From: a virus
Lineage: Duplodnaviria > Caudoviricetes
Length of the DNA stretch: 28,617 nucleotides
Virus record (IMG/VR): IMGVR_UViG_3300037483_000112
Span: 1 to 28,617 of that record
Direction: 5' to 3' (one strand)
The translations under genes and the position numbers were made by a program. How positions within the stretch are numbered: position 1 is the stretch's first letter; every line of letters starts with the position of its first letter. Of the stretch, positions 24,341-28,617 are shown one piece after another. The notes beneath the pieces are model-generated. The model was not told where the DNA came from, did not search any database, and saw nothing but the letters and a program-made list of their open reading frames with translations.

Positions 24341-25006
24341 TCACCCCTCCGAGGCGCCGTTGCGGGCGCTGGTAGCCTTGCGCTGTTCATCCGCCACATT
24401 GAAGGCTTTCTTCGCCCATTTATCACCGTGGCCGTAGGCGTCAATGATCCGCATCGCTTCATCCGCCCCCTTGGTTTCAATCAGAAAAGTCGAGACCTTC
24501 TGCTCCCAACGCTGCTTGCGAATGGCTGGGTCTGCGTACTGGGCTCCGTTCGCTTGCCGAGCAAGGCGGCGCGAAGCGCCGAGAGGGGAGTTATCCACAG
24601 GGCGTGAGCCCTCTTCCTTCTTCTCTGATTCTGACTCTGTTTCTGTATCTGCTTCTGGGGGCGTTTCGGAAACGGTCTGTGAAACGTTTCCTGACCGTTC
24701 CCTGAAACGTTTCACTCTCTCGGTTGAAACGTCGCTCTTGTACTGCCGGCCGTTCCAGTTGTGGGGGCGCAGTCCTGTTTCGTCCTGTTCCAGCAAGCCA
24801 GCATTGATGAGCCCGGCGACCGTTGCCTTTGCCCGGCTTTCTTGCATGCGAAGAGCGAATGCGATGTCCGTTATTCCGGGTAGACCGCCACCCATGCGGC
24901 AGGCGAGGCACAGCAGATTTACCCAGGCGCGGTACATCTCAGCCGAAAGCCGCTGCACCTTCGGGTCTTCCAGCACTTCGGCATACATGCGAAACCACTG
25001 GCTCAT
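24341..25006 (-). CDS. phage replication initiator (replisome-organiser-like N-terminal wHTH)
   Basis: MSQWFRMYAEVLEDPKVQRL...W..LLCLA...G.LP...IAF.LR...HNW..RQY.SD.ST.RVKRFR, then an acidic ETESE linker; carries internal iterons. Confidence 0.8.
   Translation of the reverse strand: MSQWFRMYAEVLEDPKVQRLSAEMYRAWVNLLCLACRMGGGLPGITDIAFALRMQESRAKATVAGLINAGLLEQDETGLRPHNWNGRQYKSDVSTERVKRFRERSGNVSQTVSETPPEADTETESESEKKEEGSRPVDNSPLGASRRLARQANGAQYADPAIRKQRWEQKVSTFLIETKGADEAMRIIDAYGHGDKWAKKAFNVADEQRKATSARNGASEG
24591..24732. promoter_or_regulatory. putative replication origin within the initiator gene
   Basis: Perfect DnaA box TTATCCACA (24591-24599); 6-bp-periodic TCTGNN pyrimidine tract (about 24624-24657); TGAAACGT iterons at 24680, 24703 and 24725, plus the palindrome CGTTTCGGAAACG at 24662. 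Confidence 0.65.
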
Positions 25007-25788
25007 GCAGCTTTCCAGCGCGCGGCAGGAGTATCAATCCACTCGCGAAACCACTCTCGATCTTGAGGAGGCGCGCTGTCCCATGAAGCAGCGAGCCGCT
25101 TCCTGACCTTATTGCTGATCTCCATGTCATTGAGTGGGGCTGACGGTGGCGGGGCGACGGGCTTCCTGATGGCCTCCCGCTGCTCCTCGGGCTCCATCTT
25201 CGCGAGCCGGTCCAGATGCACGCCCTTATCCCAGTCGGTGCCTTTGACGGCCTGGAGCACGTCGGGAGCGATGTTCTCGCCGCGGGCAACGGCACGGGTA
25301 ATGGTGCTCTTGTCGCGGCCGGTGGACGCGGCCGTTTCGGCTGCAAACTTCTTCTGGTGTTGCGGCTTGGTAGGTGGTGCAACTTGCACCACCTGAGCCT
25401 GCTTCTCAGCCCACAGCTTCTTCCGCCGCGTCATGTGGTCGGCGATCTCGGCCGGCGTCAGCTCGGAGCGTGCTAGATTCTCGTCGATCTCCCAGAGCTT
25501 GGCATCAATGTCATCTGCTGGAAGCAGAAAACATTCAACCGACTTCCACCCAAGAGACTTGATTGCCTCTAGCCTAGTCGCGCCTGCAATCAGCACGGGG
25601 ACGTTATCGACGAGCTCACCATCTTCCATTTCTACGTTGTTCATCAGTCGAACTGAGATCGGCGTCATCAGCCCGATGTCTTTGATGGAAGAGGCGAGCG
25701 CCGCCACCCGCTCTGCCGGGGCGTGACGCATGCGCCCGCCGATGTGGATTGCATCAACATCAAATGAGCGAAGTGGCGGTGTCTTCAT
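25003..25788 (-). CDS. ParB/Srx N-terminal domain protein with HTH
   Basis: V..LA.SI...GL.TPI.V...LIAGATRLEA...LGW...EIDENLAR.EL; ATG 25788 after GGAGG. Confidence 0.82.
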   Translation of the reverse strand: MKTPPLRSFDVDAIHIGGRMRHAPAERVAALASSIKDIGLMTPISVRLMNNVEMEDGELVDNVPVLIAGATRLEAIKSLGWKSVECFLLPADDIDAKLWEIDENLARSELTPAEIADHMTRRKKLWAEKQAQVVQVAPPTKPQHQKKFAAETAASTGRDKSTITRAVARGENIAPDVLQAVKGTDWDKGVHLDRLAKMEPEEQREAIRKPVAPPPSAPLNDMEISNKVRKRLAASWDSAPPQDREWFREWIDTPAARWKAA

Positions 25789-25789
25789 G

Positions 25790-26800
25790 TTAGGCGACCT
25801 CCGGGAAACCGGAGCCGGGGACAGGCTCAACTGTGGTGATACCCTTTCCGGCCTTGTACGCCGCCCAGGCGATCAAGATGTTTGCCAGCAGCGCCTCATT
25901 TGCAAACTGCTCCCCGGCGCGTCGATCCTTCATGATGTATTCGCGGAGAACCTTCGCCGGGTCGCGGCGGCGCACGACTTTGAGTCCGGTCCTCAGCGTC
26001 TCAAAGAAGCGAGCAGACTGATCGCGATTGGCGCGGGAACGGTTGATGAGGAAATACGCAGTGGCGATGGGCGTTGGTGCGCATTTGAGATTATGCCTCT
26101 GGGCCAATGTCTGGCCGGCCGTGCACGCTGCCGCGATATCAGGGTTGTCGCGGGCGAACTGCAACAGATCGTCGTTGTCGATCGCCTGCCTTCCCCGCGG
26201 CATGCCTGCGTCGTAGTGAATCACCAAACGGCAGACGGCTGCGGCGAGAGCAGAGTTTTCGATGCCGTCGATGTGGAACGTGTCGCAACCGGACCGGCTT
26301 GCCTGTGTATCAAGAACCTTGAACACCTCTGGGTCGAGCCCGAATTTTACGTCGCACACTGCCGACCTGCCGGCCTCGATGATCGCGAGAAGGCGATGCT
26401 GACCGTCGATCAAGGTCCCGTCCGACGCGACCCGGATGATGTCCCCAGTGTACTTCCACCGCCCCTCGCGTAAGGCCTTCACGATCTTGGCTACGCGCGC
26501 GCGGCGGATGCGGCGATTGCGGACGTTGAGCGTCAACAGAATCTCCGCCATGCCCGGTGTGATCGTGATTTCCTCCAAGGTAAACCGCCCCGTTTTCGCC
26601 ATGCGCTTGAGTTGCGCATCGAGCCACGCCTTCGCGCGGCGCATATCAGACCCGTCAGCAGTGAAGAGCGTTTCGCTCTTGCTTGGCCCAAGTACTTTTT
26701 GTACACTCTCAAGCATCTCATCATCCTTTTCCGTTGAGACGACCCCGCCCTTGCCCGGCGGGGCTTTTTCTGCCCAATGCAGAAAATTGAAAATCCTCAT
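25790..26800 (-). CDS. ParB-like (DGQHR motif) protein
   Basis: ITPGMA..LL..N..NR.I....V......G.W...G..I....G.LIDGQHRL.AI; ATGA-coupled start at 26800. Confidence 0.78.
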   Translation of the reverse strand: MRIFNFLHWAEKAPPGKGGVVSTEKDDEMLESVQKVLGPSKSETLFTADGSDMRRAKAWLDAQLKRMAKTGRFTLEEITITPGMAEILLTLNVRNRRIRRARVAKIVKALREGRWKYTGDIIRVASDGTLIDGQHRLLAIIEAGRSAVCDVKFGLDPEVFKVLDTQASRSGCDTFHIDGIENSALAAAVCRLVIHYDAGMPRGRQAIDNDDLLQFARDNPDIAAACTAGQTLAQRHNLKCAPTPIATAYFLINRSRANRDQSARFFETLRTGLKVVRRRDPAKVLREYIMKDRRAGEQFANEALLANILIAWAAYKAGKGITTVEPVPGSGFPEVA

Positions 26801-27030
26801 TCGCCCCTCTTCGGCCGGATCACCAGCTCGTAGCCCAGCGGTGCAAGTACCCTGTCCATCATGTCTATGCGCGTGCTGCGCTTGCACTTCAGGATGCGCC
26901 AGACGGCGTTAGGGCAGAGCCCAGCCTTGCCGGACAGCGCACCGGGGTTGGTTTCCAGTTGTACGATCAGGGCGTACAACTCCAGGATCAGCGGGTGGGC
27001 ATTGTCGGATGGGGTGGCGATGCGGGTCAT
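26797..27030 (-). CDS. XRE/Cro-type HTH protein (77 aa)
   Basis: LSGKAGLCPNAVWRI...TRIDMMDRVLAPLGYELVI; ATGA overlaps at both ends. Confidence 0.7.
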   Translation of the reverse strand: MTRIATPSDNAHPLILELYALIVQLETNPGALSGKAGLCPNAVWRILKCKRSTRIDMMDRVLAPLGYELVIRPKRGE

Positions 27031-27485
27031 TTGCCGGCCTCGATGTTCTTCCGCATCTCCGCCCACGCCAGCTCTGTAGAGCGGCGGGAGTCGTCGGCGG
27101 GGTCGTATCGCAACATCCGCCATCGGAACTTGATCGCCGTTTCCAGTTCGATCCCGAGCCGCCAGACAATCTGTTGTGCGTTGCTGTGCCGGGCCATGTT
27201 CTTGGCAGCCGTCCACACTTCTGGCGGGTACGACTTCCGGGGATCGCGAATAACTTCGAGCGCGGCACATTCGCAGCAGAGGTTGCAGGTAATATCCTCG
27301 AAGCTCCACTGCACCTGTTGGCAGCGGCAGCATCGTCCGACCTTATGCAGCTTCGCCGGGTTGACTGTGTCTGGGTCGATCAGCGCCGGCTCTACCGGCG
27401 GCTCGGCAGGACGCTTCAGCTTCGGTGGCTTGACTGCCGGCAGCTCAGTAGCTTTCGTATGCAGCAAGTCGAGAAGGTCGTTCAT
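27027..27485 (-). CDS. Cys-rich (zinc-finger-like) hypothetical protein
   Basis: CCRC...CNLCCEC cluster after a Pro-rich N-terminus; coupled overlaps. Confidence 0.6.
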   Translation of the reverse strand: MNDLLDLLHTKATELPAVKPPKLKRPAEPPVEPALIDPDTVNPAKLHKVGRCCRCQQVQWSFEDITCNLCCECAALEVIRDPRKSYPPEVWTAAKNMARHSNAQQIVWRLGIELETAIKFRWRMLRYDPADDSRRSTELAWAEMRKNIEAGK

Positions 27486-27643
27486 AGGCTCTCCGCAGCC
27501 GCCTGAGCCGCGTCCAGCTTCTCCCGGACGTGCGGGCTGACGCGATGACGCTCGGCCTCCAAGGCGTTCACAAGGGCCACAGCAGCGGCAGTGAACGACA
27601 GCACCGGGACAATCTCCTCGGGATGGTGGATGGTGCGGCTCAT
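27482..27643 (-). CDS. small hypothetical protein (53 aa, MSRTIHHPEEIVPVL...)
   Basis: Hand-translated; ATGA overlaps at both ends. Confidence 0.55.
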   Translation of the reverse strand: MSRTIHHPEEIVPVLSFTAAAVALVNALEAERHRVSPHVREKLDAAQAAAESL

Positions 27644-27807
27644 CCTGCCTTGCGCCTCCCCTTGCGCGTCTCCTGCTTCAGCAGCCGGTGGGCGAACTCA
27701 CGCAGCTCGCGCTCGCGCTTCCGTTTGTGACCATGCGGAGCATAGGCAGCACGGCGCTCCAGGGCGGACCACTTGGCGAGATAGGCGGCATCGTCGAGGC
27801 GCATCAT
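27640..27807 (-). CDS. small basic hypothetical protein (55 aa, MMRLDDAAYLAKW...)
   Basis: Hand-translated; ATGA overlaps at both ends. Confidence 0.55.
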   Translation of the reverse strand: MMRLDDAAYLAKWSALERRAAYAPHGHKRKRERELREFAHRLLKQETRKGRRKAG

Positions 27808-28058
27808 TGCTGCTCTGGATGCTCGACCGGCCGCCCATCTTCGTCGGCAACAACCATTACGTTGCGGTTGCAGTAGACGGGAATCTGGTGCTGGTTTTTC
27901 TTCTCAACGATGACGTTACCGCTTGGCAAAATCTCTGTTACCTTGGCGGTTCCGGCGAAAGCGTGATGCGAATCACCGCTCGGCTTGGGGGCCAAGCGAT
28001 GCTGCACGATCATGCCAATACGGATCGAACGGCCGGTGCAGTCGACGCTAGTTTGCAT
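27804..28058 (-). CDS. hypothetical protein (84 aa, MQTSVDCTGRSIRIG...)
   Basis: GAGGAG RBS just after the rusA stop; 3' part of track ORF 27804..28238. Confidence 0.6.
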   Translation of the reverse strand: MQTSVDCTGRSIRIGMIVQHRLAPKPSGDSHHAFAGTAKVTEILPSGNVIVEKKNQHQIPVYCNRNVMVVADEDGRPVEHPEQQ

Positions 28059-28072
28059 GCCTGTGTCTCCTC

Positions 28073-28450
28073 TTATACGGACGCCGAAATGGTCACGCGG
28101 CACGCCGGAAGGTCGGACCACTTGATGCGGATATCCACGATGAGCTTGTCGTTGACGAGCCAGCCATGGGTCTGGAGCTTGTCGGCAATGGCCTTGATCC
28201 GGTTCTCGGCGTCGGCCGTCTTTCTCTGCCGTGGGCATTCGATGAAGACCGCCACGTCATGCGCAATCGGGTTGCGCGGCGGAACGGCGATGCGGCGGAA
28301 ACCAAGGTCCGTCGTCTCGACGAAGAACGGTATGTTCGCCCATGCCTTGTACAGATCGGTCTTCACCAGTGCGCGGCTGGTCTTGGACTTCCGGCGGTAC
28401 AGGCGCCAGGAAGATGGCGGCGGTGAGGTCAGGAGGACGATTGCTTGCAC
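28073..28450 (-). CDS. rusA: RusA-like Holliday junction resolvase
   Basis: PPPS near the N-terminus, Y..W, and RKTADAENRIKAIADKL..GWLVNDKLI aligning to the RusA D-x-DN-xx-K-xxx-D-L...DD motif. Confidence 0.78.
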   Translation of the reverse strand: MQAIVLLTSPPPSSWRLYRRKSKTSRALVKTDLYKAWANIPFFVETTDLGFRRIAVPPRNPIAHDVAVFIECPRQRKTADAENRIKAIADKLQTHGWLVNDKLIVDIRIKWSDLPACRVTISASV

Positions 28451-28553
28451 TGGTCTGCCTATCTGGCCGCTAGGATTGTTAACCTATTAAATCTTGGTAA
28501 TTAACTATACATACGGATAGCCCTGCCCTGGATCACCCGCTAGGGTCGCGCGG

Positions 28554-28617
28554 ATGAAGACATTCCTGCACGCCCACGCCCCGCGCATCGTCGCTATCGT
28601 CGTGCGGGCTCATCGCG
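28554..28617 (+). CDS. possible divergent gene, 5' end only
   Basis: ATG at 28554, frame open to the edge (MKTFLHAHAPRIVAIVV...); TAGGGT -10-like box 7 nt upstream, so possibly leaderless. Confidence 0.3.
   Translation, partial: MKTFLHAHAPRIVAIVVRAHR

Overview
This window is about 28.6 kb of a GC-rich, P22-like (podovirus-type) tailed phage or prophage, probably from an alphaproteobacterial host (inferred from a CtrA-like DNA-binding domain, a Caulobacter-type parS palindrome and the promoter style). Nearly all genes are on the minus strand and read from the right end. The early/replication block has a RusA-like resolvase, small ORFs, an HTH protein, two adjacent ParB-like proteins, a replication initiator with an internal origin (iterons plus a DnaA box) and an HNH endonuclease. 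A NusG-paralog antiterminator sits where Q would be. Next come TerS/TerL, a P22-like portal, scaffold and coat, and a glycosyltransferase-methyltransferase fusion inside the head module. These are followed by the adaptor, LamG/fibre-like proteins, the nozzle, a GNAT-like protein and three ejection (DNA-injection) proteins, then small membrane and regulatory genes. Two short plus-strand operons of tiny proteins, mostly predicted to be exported, interrupt the left end. The best lead is an antisense-encoded membrane protein next to the ejectosome genes. It carries the heptapeptide YDPLGIL, identical to the C-terminal motif of the second ejection protein, and the DNA copies differ only at synonymous sites. 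This suggests superinfection exclusion by peptide mimicry of an ejectosome interface. Other leads are a near-perfect chromosomal parS site among the virion genes, a possible virion glycosylation/methylation enzyme, duplicated terminator-RBS cassettes after the NusG paralog, and a stand-alone CtrA-like domain. No integrase, endolysin, tRNA, rRNA or CRISPR array was recognised. All product calls come from reading motifs and synteny, not database searches.
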